Assembly: GCA_037132875.1 (NCBI GenBank)
Contig: JBAHZU010000146.1
Coordinates: 926 to 64,925 of the forward strand
Source: Pontiella sp.
GTDB taxonomy: Bacteria > Verrucomicrobiota > Kiritimatiellia > Kiritimatiellales > Pontiellaceae
Length of the DNA: 64,000 bases
Direction of reading: 5' to 3'
In this document: piece by piece, positions 20,148 through 30,395 of the stretch
How the letters are laid out: each line of letters begins with the position of its first letter
How positions within the stretch are numbered: the first letter of the stretch is position 1
Position numbers and translations under genes: made by a program
Notes under the pieces: model-generated
What the model saw: the letters and a program-made list of their open reading frames with translations, nothing else
Told to the model about the DNA's origin: nothing
Databases searched by the model: none

Positions 20148-20429
20148 ATGACGAAAAGAGATTTGGTAATGCGCATCGCAGACGAAACGGGCCTGATTCA
20201 GCAGGATGTTTATGCGGTGATTCAGAAGAGCCTCGACTACATTGTCGAAGCTTTGGAGAACGACGATACCGTTGAATTTCGTAATTTCGGTGTGTTCGAA
20301 GTTCGTGAGCGCAAGCAACGTATTGGCCGTAATCCAAACAAACCTGAAAATGTGGTGACCATTCCGGCCCGCAAGGTGGTTAAATTTAAGCCAGGAAAAA
20401 TCATGCGCGAGCGTATCACTGGCGAGTAG
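20148..20429 (+). CDS. hup: HU/IHF family DNA-binding protein
   Basis: MTKRDLV, FRNFGVF, RIGRNP, IPARKVVKFKPGK. Confidence 0.93.
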   Translation: MTKRDLVMRIADETGLIQQDVYAVIQKSLDYIVEALENDDTVEFRNFGVFEVRERKQRIGRNPNKPENVVTIPARKVVKFKPGKIMRERITGE

Positions 20430-20523
20430 AAGCGCACCCGATATAAGAACATCGATTGCCGATTGGACAGCTCTGCTGAACAAAGGCACCGCAGCCCCGA
20501 AAATCATCAATCGGAAATTATCA

Positions 20524-21765
20524 ATGGCAAATAATGAGTTTCAGTCGCTTCAAGGCATGTCCGATATCCAAGCTCCGGAGATTCATCTCTGGCGCATGAT
20601 GGAGGAGCGGGCGCGTACCGTCTTCAATAGCTATGGCTATGATGAGTTACGCACGCCGATCCTTGAAAAACTTTCCGTATTTCAACGTTCGCTCGGTGAT
20701 ACGACCGACGTGGTGAAAAAGGAAATGTATTCTTTTAAACCTAGCAAGCACGAGCTGGCCATGCGTCCGGAAGGCACGGCTGGAACGATGCGTCATTTGG
20801 CCGGCCGCGGTGAAGAAGGGCTGAATGCGCGCGTATTTTACATTGGCCCAATGTTCCGTTATGAACGTCCGCAGGCGGGCCGTAAGCGGCAGTTTCATCA
20901 AGTGGGTGTCGAGGCCACTGGAGAACCCAATCCGTTGGCCGATGCGGAAGCCATTGCGCTACAGAAAAGCCTGTTGGATGCTTGGGGCCTGACGGGATCG
21001 AAAATTCAGATCAGCACGCGCGGTGAACCTTCCGATCGCCAGCCGGTTGCCGAGGGGTTGCGTGCGGCTCTGCAACCCCATCTGTCGGATCTGTGCGATG
21101 ACTGCCAGCGCCGAATTGATGAAAATGTGCTGCGCGTCATTGATTGCAAAAATGAAAACTGCCAGAAGGTGGTCGATCAAATTCCCTCGGCCATTGAGTT
21201 CATGAGTTCCGCGTCGCGTGCTTATCTCGATCAGGTGATCCAGGCCTTGGAAAGCCTGGGCGTTGACGTTGTGGTGAATCCGAAGCTAATTCGTGGGCTC
21301 GACTATTATGTGCACACGGTTTGGGAAATCAGCCATTCGGCCCTCGGTGCACAGGATGCGCTGGCGGGTGGTGGGCGCTATGAAATTGCGCTCGGCAAAA
21401 AATCGATTCCTGGTGTTGGATTTGCTGTTGGCTTTGAACGGGCCATTATGGCGTTGAATGCCTGCGGAATTGAAGGCGAACAGTTTGCTCCCGATTGTGG
21501 TATCTGGCTGGTATCTTTGGGCGAACGTGCGTTGATCGAAAATATGAAGCTTGCGGCCCAGTTGCGCAGCAAAGGCATTCGTTGCGGCATGGAACTGGCC
21601 AACAAGAGTATGAAAGCGCAGATGCGCAAGGCGAACCGATCTGGCGCAGCTCAAGTCATTATCCGTGGGGATGAAGAAATTGAAAAGGGCACGGTCATGG
21701 TGAAGGATATGGCCGAAGGTTCGCAGGAAGAATTGAATTTAGAGGACTTAATTCGTGATGCGTAA
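20524..21765 (+). CDS. hisS: Histidyl-tRNA synthetase
   Basis: MRPEGTA, FRYERPQAGRKRQFHQ, RGLDYY, GGGRY. Confidence 0.97.
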   Translation: MANNEFQSLQGMSDIQAPEIHLWRMMEERARTVFNSYGYDELRTPILEKLSVFQRSLGDTTDVVKKEMYSFKPSKHELAMRPEGTAGTMRHLAGRGEEGLNARVFYIGPMFRYERPQAGRKRQFHQVGVEATGEPNPLADAEAIALQKSLLDAWGLTGSKIQISTRGEPSDRQPVAEGLRAALQPHLSDLCDDCQRRIDENVLRVIDCKNENCQKVVDQIPSAIEFMSSASRAYLDQVIQALESLGVDVVVNPKLIRGLDYYVHTVWEISHSALGAQDALAGGGRYEIALGKKSIPGVGFAVGFERAIMALNACGIEGEQFAPDCGIWLVSLGERALIENMKLAAQLRSKGIRCGMELANKSMKAQMRKANRSGAAQVIIRGDEEIEKGTVMVKDMAEGSQEELNLEDLIRDA

Positions 21766-21825
21766 TTCGTGAAGGGTGACTTTTAGACTTTGTAAAATCA
21801 CGCATCACGTTTCACTCGTCACTCA
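21754..21825. repeat. Inverted heptamer arrays between hisS and aspS
   Basis: CGTGATG CGTAATT CGTGAAG GGTGACT ... TCACGCA TCACGTT TCACTCG TCACTCA. Confidence 0.6.
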
Positions 21826-21836
21826 AGGAGAATTAC

Positions 21837-23633
21837 ATGCATCGTTACAGAACACATAATTGCGGCGAACTGAGAACAACACATATCGATGAAACCGTAA
21901 GGATTTCGGGGTGGATTCACAGCGTACGCGACCATGGCGGTATCATTTTCATCGACCTACGCGATCACTATGGTTTGACTCAGGTGGTTATTGATCCTTC
22001 ACAGCCTTTCTACAAAGGGGTGGAGCACTGGCGTGTTGAATCCACCATCTGCTTCACCGGTAAAGTAGTGGCCCGTATTCCGGATGCGATTAATTCGCGT
22101 CTGGTGACCGGCGAGATTGAATTGGTGGCTGCAGAAATGGAAACCCTCGGTGAAGCCAAGGTGATTCCGTTTCAAGTGTCCAAAGATGAAGAGTGCAACG
22201 AAGCCCTTCGTTTGGAATATCGTTTCCTCGATATGCGCCGCGAAGGCCTGCACAACAATCTGATCCTTCGTTCTAAAGTGATCTCCCGTTTGCGTGAGCT
22301 GATGACGGGCGAAGGCTTCATGGAAATGCAGACTCCCATTCTCACCAGCAGTTCGCCAGAAGGCGCTCGCGACTATTTGGTTCCGAGTCGGGTTCACCCT
22401 GGCAAATTCTACGCACTACCGCAGGCTCCGCAGCAGTTCAAGCAGTTGCTGATGACGTCTGGTTTCGATCGCTACTTCCAGATTGCGCCGTGTTTTCGCG
22501 ATGAAGATGCCCGTGCCGACCGTTCTCCCGGCGAATTTTATCAGCTCGATATGGAAATGGCTTTTGCGACACAGGAAGACGTTTTCGAGGTCAACGAAAA
22601 GGTGCTGCATAAGGTCTTTACCGAGTTCTCCGACAAGCAGGTCGACGACATTCCGTTCAAGCGCATTCCGTTCCTCGAAGCCATGGACAAGTACGGAACG
22701 GATAAACCAGACCTGCGTAACCCGCTGATCATTCAGGATGCCTCCGAGCTGTTCAGGAACTGCGACTTCAAAGCCTTTGCAGGTGTGGTTGCATCCGGTG
22801 GTGTTGTTAAAACCATCGCGGCGAGGGGTTGCGCTGGCAAATCCCGTAAATTTTTCGATAATCTGATTAAATTTGCACAGAGTGTCGGCTCCAAGGGCCT
22901 CGGTTATTTGCGTTGGAATGACGGCGAAGTGCAGAGTCCGATTGCAAAATTCCTTTCGGAAGAAACGCTCAACGCGCTAAAAGAATTGGGCCATATTGAA
23001 GATGGCGACGTAATGTTTTTTGTGGCCGACCAAGCCAAAGAAGCCACCAGTATTGCGGCATCTGTTCGCGATGAACTCGGTGCCCAGCTCGAACTTATTG
23101 ATTCAGACGTCTTCAAATTCTGCTGGATTGTCGACTTCCCGATGTATGAACTCGACGACGAAGGTAAAGTTGAATTTTCTCACAACCCGTTCTCCATGCC
23201 GCAGGGTGGAATGGATGATCTTGAAAATAAAGATCCACTTGACATTCTGGCCTATCAGTATGACATCGTCGTAAACGGGATTGAGCTCTCTTCCGGTGCG
23301 GTTCGTAACCATAGCCCGGAAATGATGATCAAAGCCTTTGATATTGCGGGGTATGATGAAAGCGTTGTCGCCAACAAATTCCCAGCCCTGCACAAAGCCT
23401 TCCAGTATGGCGCTCCGCCACATGCTGGTATTGCTCCCGGTGTGGACCGTATGATCATGCTGTTGGCTGATGAGCCTAATATTCGTGAAGTCATCGCGTT
23501 CCCAATGAATCAGAAAGCACAGGATCTGCTGATGAATGCTCCGGGGGATGTGGAACCCAATCAGATTCGCGATCTGCACCTGCAGATTAAGCTTCCGAAG
23601 AAGGTCGAAAAAGAAGCCGAAGAAGACGCCTAA
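21837..23633 (+). CDS. aspS: Aspartyl-tRNA synthetase, probably non-discriminating Asp/Asn
   Basis: RTHNCGELR, RDHGG, EGARDYLVP, LPQAPQQFKQLLM, FRDED, GAPPHAG. Confidence 0.97.
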   Translation: MHRYRTHNCGELRTTHIDETVRISGWIHSVRDHGGIIFIDLRDHYGLTQVVIDPSQPFYKGVEHWRVESTICFTGKVVARIPDAINSRLVTGEIELVAAEMETLGEAKVIPFQVSKDEECNEALRLEYRFLDMRREGLHNNLILRSKVISRLRELMTGEGFMEMQTPILTSSSPEGARDYLVPSRVHPGKFYALPQAPQQFKQLLMTSGFDRYFQIAPCFRDEDARADRSPGEFYQLDMEMAFATQEDVFEVNEKVLHKVFTEFSDKQVDDIPFKRIPFLEAMDKYGTDKPDLRNPLIIQDASELFRNCDFKAFAGVVASGGVVKTIAARGCAGKSRKFFDNLIKFAQSVGSKGLGYLRWNDGEVQSPIAKFLSEETLNALKELGHIEDGDVMFFVADQAKEATSIAASVRDELGAQLELIDSDVFKFCWIVDFPMYELDDEGKVEFSHNPFSMPQGGMDDLENKDPLDILAYQYDIVVNGIELSSGAVRNHSPEMMIKAFDIAGYDESVVANKFPALHKAFQYGAPPHAGIAPGVDRMIMLLADEPNIREVIAFPMNQKAQDLLMNAPGDVEPNQIRDLHLQIKLPKKVEKEAEEDA

Positions 23634-23690
23634 TTCAGAAGAGCGATGCTACGACATCGCTATGGATGCAGAGCCTCCCTCTCATCCATG

Positions 23691-23724
23691 AAACCGCTCC
23701 TTAAACCGGGCGGTTTTTTGTTTT
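23691..23724 (+). terminator. Intrinsic terminator after aspS
   Basis: AAACCGCTC / GGGCGGTTT stem followed by TTTTGTTTTT. Confidence 0.75.
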
Positions 23725-23905
23725 TAGATCCGTAGGGCATGACGCTTGATGAACGCATGTATTCTTTGGCGATCCCGTTCAATAAGGGGTCGAATCATCT
23801 AAACGATGACGAGGAAAGTAATCCTTAAAAGTATGCGATTTAGTGAGTCATTCTCGGTGAGTTCTAAGGATTGAAAGTCGGCTGGGAATACTTTACGTTG
23901 AAGCC

Positions 23906-24706
23906 ATGAAAAAATTGATATTGATGGTTTTGATCGGACTGGGGAGTTCCGTTTTTGCCGTAACAAACGACTTTCATGAGGGGGCCGAAGCGAAGCAAGG
24001 AATTTCATTTTATAACGCAAACTACGCGATGTTAGGCGTTGATCCCATTGTGGAGATGAAACTGCAGTTTTCGTTTAAATATCGGTTTGTAGAGCCGGGG
24101 ACTTTTGACGGCCAGTGGTCGAAACCGGTGAATAATCTCTTTTTTGCGTACACCCAGAAAATGCTCTGGGATTTGGAGAAGAATTCGTCGCCGTATGAGG
24201 ATGCCAATTTGGACAGTTCTTTTAGTCCGGAGCTATTCTGGATGTATCGGGACCTATTCCCCATCTCAGAAAAGGCAACGATGGATCTGCAGTTTGGCTA
24301 TCAGCATGAGTCGAATGGGCGTGCTGGAGAGTCTGAGCGTACGTGGGATCGTCTCTATGTTCAGCCTTCTTGGACCTGGGGGGAAACGGGCGACTGGCAG
24401 GCGGTTTCAATGCTTAAAATCTGGATTCCAGTGGGGGTGGGCGAGGAAATGGATGATATCGGCGACTATTTCGGACCGGGCGAGTTTTGGCTGAAGGTCG
24501 GCCAGCATGATGGAATGATGTTGGAGACGATGTTGCGCAAGGGTTCCAATGATTGGAACGGAGCGGTGGAGCTGAGTGCTTCGTATCCGGTGCGGTCTTT
24601 GAATCTGTTTGTTTATGGCCAGGTTTTCTATGGATATGGCGAAACATTGCGACTTTATGATCAGGAAACTACATCGTATCGGCTGGGAATCTCTTTTTCT
24701 CGATAA
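23906..24706 (+). CDS. pldA: Outer-membrane phospholipase A (OMPLA)
   Basis: KLQFSFK, AYTQKMLW, HESNG catalytic motif, SRTWDR-like ERTWDR, YGYGETL, C-terminal GISF. Confidence 0.88.
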   Translation: MKKLILMVLIGLGSSVFAVTNDFHEGAEAKQGISFYNANYAMLGVDPIVEMKLQFSFKYRFVEPGTFDGQWSKPVNNLFFAYTQKMLWDLEKNSSPYEDANLDSSFSPELFWMYRDLFPISEKATMDLQFGYQHESNGRAGESERTWDRLYVQPSWTWGETGDWQAVSMLKIWIPVGVGEEMDDIGDYFGPGEFWLKVGQHDGMMLETMLRKGSNDWNGAVELSASYPVRSLNLFVYGQVFYGYGETLRLYDQETTSYRLGISFSR

Positions 24707-24797
24707 AAATTGGATCGTATTTTTTTGCCATGATCCGCGGCGATGGGCATACTTAGGAACATTATAAAACATTGAAAACTTCAGGAGATAATAAATC

Positions 24798-26447
24798 ATG
24801 GAACAGTTGAAGAAGAATAAAGCTTTTGGAGGTCCGGAAGGGCCGGTCGTGCTCGTTATTATGGACGGTGTGGGTATTGGTAAAAATGCGGCCAGCGATT
24901 ATGTTAAAATGGCGAACACCCCGAACCTGGACTGGTTGCGCGAAAATGCAATTTATAATGAAATTAGAGCCCATGGAATTTCGGTGGGGTTGCCAGATGA
25001 TGGCGATATGGGCAACTCTGAAGTGGGCCATAATGCCATCGGGTGCGGGCGAGTATTTGCTCAGGGCGCCTCGCTGGTGGGCGATGCCATCGAAACTGGA
25101 TCAATGTATGAAGGCGACGTGTGGAAGGAGCTGGTTTCCAACGTAAACGAGAAGAATTCTTCCCTGCATTTCATTGGGCTGTTCTCAGACGGAAATGTGC
25201 ATTCAAATATTAACCATCTTGAAGCGATGCTCCTGAAGGCCAAAGAGCAGGGCGTGAAGAACGCCCGCATCCATCCGCTGATGGACGGCCGCGATGTTCC
25301 GCCAACGTCTGTGTTGGAATATGTGGAGCGTTTTGATGCATTCCTCGCAGAAATTAATGCCGATGATTCCGTGGACTACTGTGTGGCTTCCGGTGGGGGT
25401 CGAATGAACATCACCATGGACCGCTACGATGCGGACTGGAGCATGGTGGACCGCGGTTGGAAAGCCCACGTTAAAGCAGAAGCCTCGGCATTTTCTTCCA
25501 TGAAAGAAGCGGTTGAAAGCTTTCGTATGGATAAACCAGGTATTCTCGATCAGGATCTGCCGGCTTTCGTGATCGAGCGCGATGGCACTCCGGTTGGTCC
25601 CGTGGTGGATGGTGATAGTGTTGTTTTCTTCAACTTCCGAGGGGACCGTTCGTTGGAAATTACAAAAGCTTTTGAAGCGGATGAGCTCTCTGAATTCGAT
25701 CGTGGCCCGAAACCAGATGTGATTTATGCTGGTATGATGCAGTATGATGGCGACCTCGGCGTTCCGGAAAAATATTTGGTGACTCCACCGGCGATCGACC
25801 GCACCATGAGCGAATACCTCTCCAACGTAGGGGTGAAGCAGTTTGCAATTTCTGAAACACAGAAATTTGGACACGTGACTTATTTCTTCAACGGCAACAA
25901 CTCGGGTAAATTTGAAACAGAAACGTGGATGGAAATCCCGTCCGATGTTTGCCCATTTGAAAATGCCCCCGTGATGAAAGCGGTTGAAGTGACCAACGAA
26001 GTGGTGAAGGCAATTGAAAGCGGTGAATACGAATTTATCCGCCTGAACTTCCCGAACGGCGATATGGTAGGCCACACGGGTGTTTTTGACGCGGTGAAAA
26101 CGGCGGTTGAAGCGGTGGATACCGGCGTGGGTCAGATTATGGAAGCCCTCAAAAAAGCCAACGGGATTATGGTTTGCACGGCCGACCACGGAAATTCCGA
26201 CGATATGTGCGAGCTGGACAAAAAGACCGGCGAGCTGAAGCTGGATGCCGAAGGCAAACCCAAGCCAAAAACGGCACACTCGCTGAATCCCGTTCCAGCC
26301 ATTATTTATGATCCGGCGGGAACTTCCAAGGTTCGGAACGTAGATGTTCCAGGCGCGGGAATTGCGAATTTGGCCGCGACTTGCATTACGCTGTTGGGTT
26401 ATGAACCGCCGGCAGACTACACGCCAAGTATTGTTGAAGTGGGCTAA
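24798..26447 (+). CDS. gpmI: 2,3-bisphosphoglycerate-independent phosphoglycerate mutase
   Basis: IMDGVG, MGNSEVGH, DGRD, FNFRGDR, SETQKFGHVT, NGDMVGHT, ADHGN. Confidence 0.96.
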   Translation: MEQLKKNKAFGGPEGPVVLVIMDGVGIGKNAASDYVKMANTPNLDWLRENAIYNEIRAHGISVGLPDDGDMGNSEVGHNAIGCGRVFAQGASLVGDAIETGSMYEGDVWKELVSNVNEKNSSLHFIGLFSDGNVHSNINHLEAMLLKAKEQGVKNARIHPLMDGRDVPPTSVLEYVERFDAFLAEINADDSVDYCVASGGGRMNITMDRYDADWSMVDRGWKAHVKAEASAFSSMKEAVESFRMDKPGILDQDLPAFVIERDGTPVGPVVDGDSVVFFNFRGDRSLEITKAFEADELSEFDRGPKPDVIYAGMMQYDGDLGVPEKYLVTPPAIDRTMSEYLSNVGVKQFAISETQKFGHVTYFFNGNNSGKFETETWMEIPSDVCPFENAPVMKAVEVTNEVVKAIESGEYEFIRLNFPNGDMVGHTGVFDAVKTAVEAVDTGVGQIMEALKKANGIMVCTADHGNSDDMCELDKKTGELKLDAEGKPKPKTAHSLNPVPAIIYDPAGTSKVRNVDVPGAGIANLAATCITLLGYEPPADYTPSIVEVG

Positions 26448-26542
26448 AATATTAGTCTGACGCAACAAACGAAAGGTCGTAAAGATGCCGGGCTTGAATG
26501 CTTTGCTCTATGCGGCCTTTTGTTTATTATGGGTTAGAATCT

Positions 26543-27031
26543 ATGAAAGCTATTTTTAATTCTCTAATCATACTTCTCTTCTGCGGAATGGCTTCTGCGC
26601 AGGAGGCTGAAAAGGCTCCAACGGCCAATAAGCTGGATGAATATCTGGCTGCCGGGATGGAGGTCGCCGAGATCCATGTTCCTTATTATGACGACGACGG
26701 GGAACTGCGAGCCCAACTCTATGGTGGATTTGCCCGTGTGCTCGAGGGTGGGATTGCTGATGTGACGAACCTTCGCGTTGATGTGTTTCAGGACGGCAAA
26801 GTTTTCATGACGCTGTTTGCGCCGCAGTGTTTTGCCAAGATTGATGGCGCTGGGGAAGAGAATGTTTTGGTGGTCTATTCTGAGGGCGATGTGTTGATTG
26901 ATCTGGAGCAGATGACGGTGGTTGGGCGTGGATTCCATTTTACCTCCGCTGCGAATCGGTTTGAGATTATGCACGATTCTAAAGTGCTATTGAAAGAATC
27001 TGCCCGGAATATGCAGGGGGTGGAGCTATGA
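26543..27031 (+). CDS. LptC-like LPS export protein
   Basis: Signal/TM segment and beta-jellyroll-like sequence; first gene of the lptA-lptB cluster. Start moved to ATG 26543. Confidence 0.55.
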   Translation: MKAIFNSLIILLFCGMASAQEAEKAPTANKLDEYLAAGMEVAEIHVPYYDDDGELRAQLYGGFARVLEGGIADVTNLRVDVFQDGKVFMTLFAPQCFAKIDGAGEENVLVVYSEGDVLIDLEQMTVVGRGFHFTSAANRFEIMHDSKVLLKESARNMQGVEL

Positions 27032-28098
27032 TTCGTTCGCTTTTCTTTCTGCTATTGTGTTCCATTTTATTGGTTTCCTGCTCCAAGCCCGATCCGTCGG
27101 ATGCCGATGCCGAGGAGTGGGCCGAAATCCAGGCACTGGCTGATGATGCCACAACAGTTCCAAACCTTGAAAATGACCCAACCAATGGGGTTCCAGCCTT
27201 TGGAGCTGTGGAGGCCGGAGAGTTCGAACCCTTTATTCAGCGTTTGGCTGCCATGAAGCGCGTTGAACGCAAACCCGGCCAGACGTTGCTTACCGGAGAG
27301 AGCCTCGTGCTGGATCATGATTTGCGGTATGTCCAAATGAAAAAAAATGTGGTGGTGGTGGATGACCAGGGCACGTTGAAAACGGAGAACCTGATGGGCC
27401 GTTTTTCGATTTCGAATGAGGTGGAGTTTGTCGAGGCGTCCGGCGGGGTGGAGCTGGTGAGCAGTAATCGCACGGCTTCGGCGCAACAGGTGATTTATAA
27501 CTATAGTAGCGGTTTTGTGCAGTTGGAGGGCAAGGCGGTGGTGTCTGATGGTGCAAACCGTCTTTCTGGAGAGCGGATTCAGCTTTGGATTAAAGGAGAT
27601 CGTAAAATGATCTGTGAACCGAATGCATTGCTGGAGATTGCTGAGGTATCTGATTTGGAGCTAAAAGAGGTTGGCGGAACCTCGGTGGAAAAAACAGAAG
27701 TGCGTGGGAATCGAATAGTTTATGACGAATCGAAGGGGATGATCGAATGGGTGGGCAATGTTCGCGTACGGGATTCGCGTGCGGCATTGAACTGCGATAA
27801 TCTGCGCCTTTACCTGAAAGAGGGTGCCGAAATTGATTGGATCGAAGCTGTGGGCGAGGTAATAATTCAAGCTGATGAAACGAGAGCTTTAGCAACGCGT
27901 GCAACATACCGAGTGGAAGAGGGAAAATTTGTACTTGAAGGTGAACCGATGATTAAACAAGGGTTGCACGTGTTAACCGGCGACCGGATTATTTTTTGGC
28001 CCGAAACAGAGCGGATGGTTTGTGAACCGAATGCTCGGGCTCTGTTACATATTCCTGCGGATATCAAAGCAAAATTTATGAAAGATTTAGACGATTAA
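27028..28098 (+). CDS. LptA/OstA-like lipoprotein with duplicated OstA repeats
   Basis: Lipobox LLVSC; two copies of V..IEA.G.V...ATY....G.V.LEG.P.....L.G.RI....MVCEPNA; directly upstream of lptB. Confidence 0.75.
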   Translation: MIRSLFFLLLCSILLVSCSKPDPSDADAEEWAEIQALADDATTVPNLENDPTNGVPAFGAVEAGEFEPFIQRLAAMKRVERKPGQTLLTGESLVLDHDLRYVQMKKNVVVVDDQGTLKTENLMGRFSISNEVEFVEASGGVELVSSNRTASAQQVIYNYSSGFVQLEGKAVVSDGANRLSGERIQLWIKGDRKMICEPNALLEIAEVSDLELKEVGGTSVEKTEVRGNRIVYDESKGMIEWVGNVRVRDSRAALNCDNLRLYLKEGAEIDWIEAVGEVIIQADETRALATRATYRVEEGKFVLEGEPMIKQGLHVLTGDRIIFWPETERMVCEPNARALLHIPADIKAKFMKDLDD

Positions 28099-28836
28099 AT
28101 GGCTGAAAAAGAAACCTATCTGATCCAGACTAAAAAGCTGGTAAAGGCATATAAGGGCCGCAAGGTCGTTCGTGAAGTTGAGATCAAGGTGAGGGCCGGT
28201 GAAATTGTCGGGCTTCTTGGTCCCAATGGTGCCGGAAAGACCACCAGTTTCTACATGATTGTCGGCTTGGTTAAACCCACCAGCGGCAACGTGTTTTTTA
28301 ACGGAAAAGATGTGACCCATACGCCGATGTTCAAACGAGCCCGTATGGGGATGGGCTACCTGTCGCAAGAGCCGTCTATTTTTCGAAAATTGACGGTTCA
28401 GGAAAATGTGATGGCAATTCTTGAAACATTGCCTATATCGAAAAAAGCCAAGAAAGAGCGGTTGGATCAGCTATTGGGGGATTTAAAAATCACCAAACTG
28501 GCAAAGCAGAAAGCCTATACGCTTTCCGGTGGAGAGCGCCGCCGCTTGGAAATTGCCCGCTCATTGGTCACCCAACCCGATATCATTCTATTGGACGAAC
28601 CGTTCAGTGGAGTGGATCCGCTGGCGGTGAACGATGTTCAGGATATTATTCGAGATCTGCGCAGTAAGGGACTGGGGGTTTTGATTACCGACCACAATGT
28701 GCGTGAAACGTTGGCGGTGGTGGATCGGGCCTATCTACTGTGCGATGGCCAAGTGCTGTGCGAAGGAAATAGCGAATTTTTAGTTAATGATAAGGTGAGT
28801 CGCGAACTCTATCTGGGATCGCGGTTCAGTTTGTAA
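28099..28836 (+). CDS. lptB: LPS export ABC ATPase
   Basis: GPNGAGKTT, YLSQEPSIF, LSGGERRR, LLDEPF, LITDHNVRE. Confidence 0.96.
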   Translation: MAEKETYLIQTKKLVKAYKGRKVVREVEIKVRAGEIVGLLGPNGAGKTTSFYMIVGLVKPTSGNVFFNGKDVTHTPMFKRARMGMGYLSQEPSIFRKLTVQENVMAILETLPISKKAKKERLDQLLGDLKITKLAKQKAYTLSGGERRRLEIARSLVTQPDIILLDEPFSGVDPLAVNDVQDIIRDLRSKGLGVLITDHNVRETLAVVDRAYLLCDGQVLCEGNSEFLVNDKVSRELYLGSRFSL

Positions 28837-28857
28837 CACAACCCAAAGGAGCAAGCC

Positions 28858-29154
28858 ATGCAAGTAAGCATCACAGGACGGCATGTTAATGTAACCGACA
28901 ATGTTAAAGCTCATGTTGAAGATAAGCTGGAACGAAGTCTGGGTGTGTTCCCTCGAATAGAAAGTGTGCATGTAGTTCTGGAAACTGAAAATCGCGATCA
29001 GGTTTCAGAGATCATTATTCAGGGCTCGAATCATATTCGCATTACGGCCAAGGAAAGTTCGGAAAATTTGTATGATGCCATTGATCGCTCCATCGAGCAT
29101 GCTGAGCGTCAGATGCGCAAACAGCGCGATAAAACGTTGGATCATCATAAGTAA
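28858..29154 (+). CDS. hpf: Ribosome hibernation factor HPF/RaiA
   Basis: MQVSITGRH...LYDAID...ERQMRK. Confidence 0.92.
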   Translation: MQVSITGRHVNVTDNVKAHVEDKLERSLGVFPRIESVHVVLETENRDQVSEIIIQGSNHIRITAKESSENLYDAIDRSIEHAERQMRKQRDKTLDHHK

Positions 29155-29180
29155 TTTAAACGCACTTCAGGAGATAAATT

Positions 29181-30119
29181 GTGTCATTAACCGTTAAAAC
29201 AATGTGGGAAGAGGGGGCGGAGGCTCTTTCGTTGAGCATCATTGCTGGCGAGCAGTATCTGGATCAAATACTTCCGGAAACCACCATGAACCGCCCTGGG
29301 CTGGCATTGACCGGTTTCTTTCAATATTTCGCGAACCAGCGCCTGCAGATTTTTGGATTGGCAGAATTTACCTACCTGAAAAGCCTTTCTCAGGAAGAAA
29401 AGATGAAGCGGCTAGTCGCTCTATTCGAACAACAGATTCCTGGGGTCGTTATTACTCGCAACCGCAAGGTCCCACAAGAAATTTTGGATCTTGCCGAGGA
29501 ATACCAGGTTCCGGTGATGCGAACGCCCATGGTGACAATGAACTTTGTGAACGAATGTACGGTGATCCTTGAAAAACTTACTGCACCGCAGGAGCGTATT
29601 CAGGGCACCTGCATGGAGTTAATGGGAATTGGGGTGCTTTTACGCGGCGATCCCGGCATTGGTAAAAGTGAAACCGCACTTTCATTAATTGAGCGGGGTT
29701 ATAGTTTGGTTTCTGATGATGTCACCGAAGTGCGCCGAACCAGTCGAGGGGGTCTCGTGTGTTGGGCCAATGAGATCACGCGTTATCATATGGAGATCCG
29801 CGGCCTTGGGATTATTCATGTGCCCAGCCTATTTGGTGTTGCTGCAATCCGGCGTCAAACTCAGTTGGACCTCGTGATTGATCTCAAGCAACCGACCGGG
29901 AATGAAGATCGCACGGGGATTAATCCGGATATGATTGAGATTATGGGAGTTCAGGTGCCGTGCATAACGTTGCCCGTCCGGTCCGGTCGCGATATGGCAA
30001 ACATTGTTGAGGTAGCCGCATTGAATCAGAAACTCAAAGAATTGGGGCATGATGCCGCAAAAGAATTGGATGATAAAATTATTACTCGACTGACGAAAAG
30101 GCGGGTGCGCAATGGCTGA
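29181..30119 (+). CDS. hprK: HPr kinase/phosphorylase
   Basis: RPGLALTG, GDPGIGKSETAL, LVSDD, MEIRGLGII, GRDMANIVEVAA. GTG start. Confidence 0.96.
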   Translation: MSLTVKTMWEEGAEALSLSIIAGEQYLDQILPETTMNRPGLALTGFFQYFANQRLQIFGLAEFTYLKSLSQEEKMKRLVALFEQQIPGVVITRNRKVPQEILDLAEEYQVPVMRTPMVTMNFVNECTVILEKLTAPQERIQGTCMELMGIGVLLRGDPGIGKSETALSLIERGYSLVSDDVTEVRRTSRGGLVCWANEITRYHMEIRGLGIIHVPSLFGVAAIRRQTQLDLVIDLKQPTGNEDRTGINPDMIEIMGVQVPCITLPVRSGRDMANIVEVAALNQKLKELGHDAAKELDDKIITRLTKRRVRNG

Positions 30120-30390
30120 GGAAACCTTGGTTAAAAAATTTAAAGTACTTAATGAGTTCGGCATTCATGCCCGTCCTGCCGCGCTTCTGGTGAGGGCTGC
30201 TGGGCAATTTGATTGCGATATTTTCATGGAAAAAGATGGGAATAAAGTATCATGCAAGAGCATTATGGGACTGATGACGATCGAGGGCTATCCTGGCAGC
30301 ACGATGACGGTGACGACATCGGGTGATGATGCGCAGGAGGCCATGAACGCGATCGAGGAATTGTTTATTAATAAATTCGGTGAGGATTAA
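30112..30390 (+). CDS. ptsH: Phosphocarrier HPr
   Basis: GIHARPAA (His15) and KSIMGLM (Ser46). Confidence 0.96.
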   Translation: MAEETLVKKFKVLNEFGIHARPAALLVRAAGQFDCDIFMEKDGNKVSCKSIMGLMTIEGYPGSTMTVTTSGDDAQEAMNAIEELFINKFGED

Positions 30391-30395
30391 TTTCT

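Noticed and set aside
25203-26468. Long antisense ORFs over gpmI, rho (40190-41494), accA, purA and the ABC genes
   Set aside because: Antisense shadows of strongly codon-biased real genes, with no motifs.
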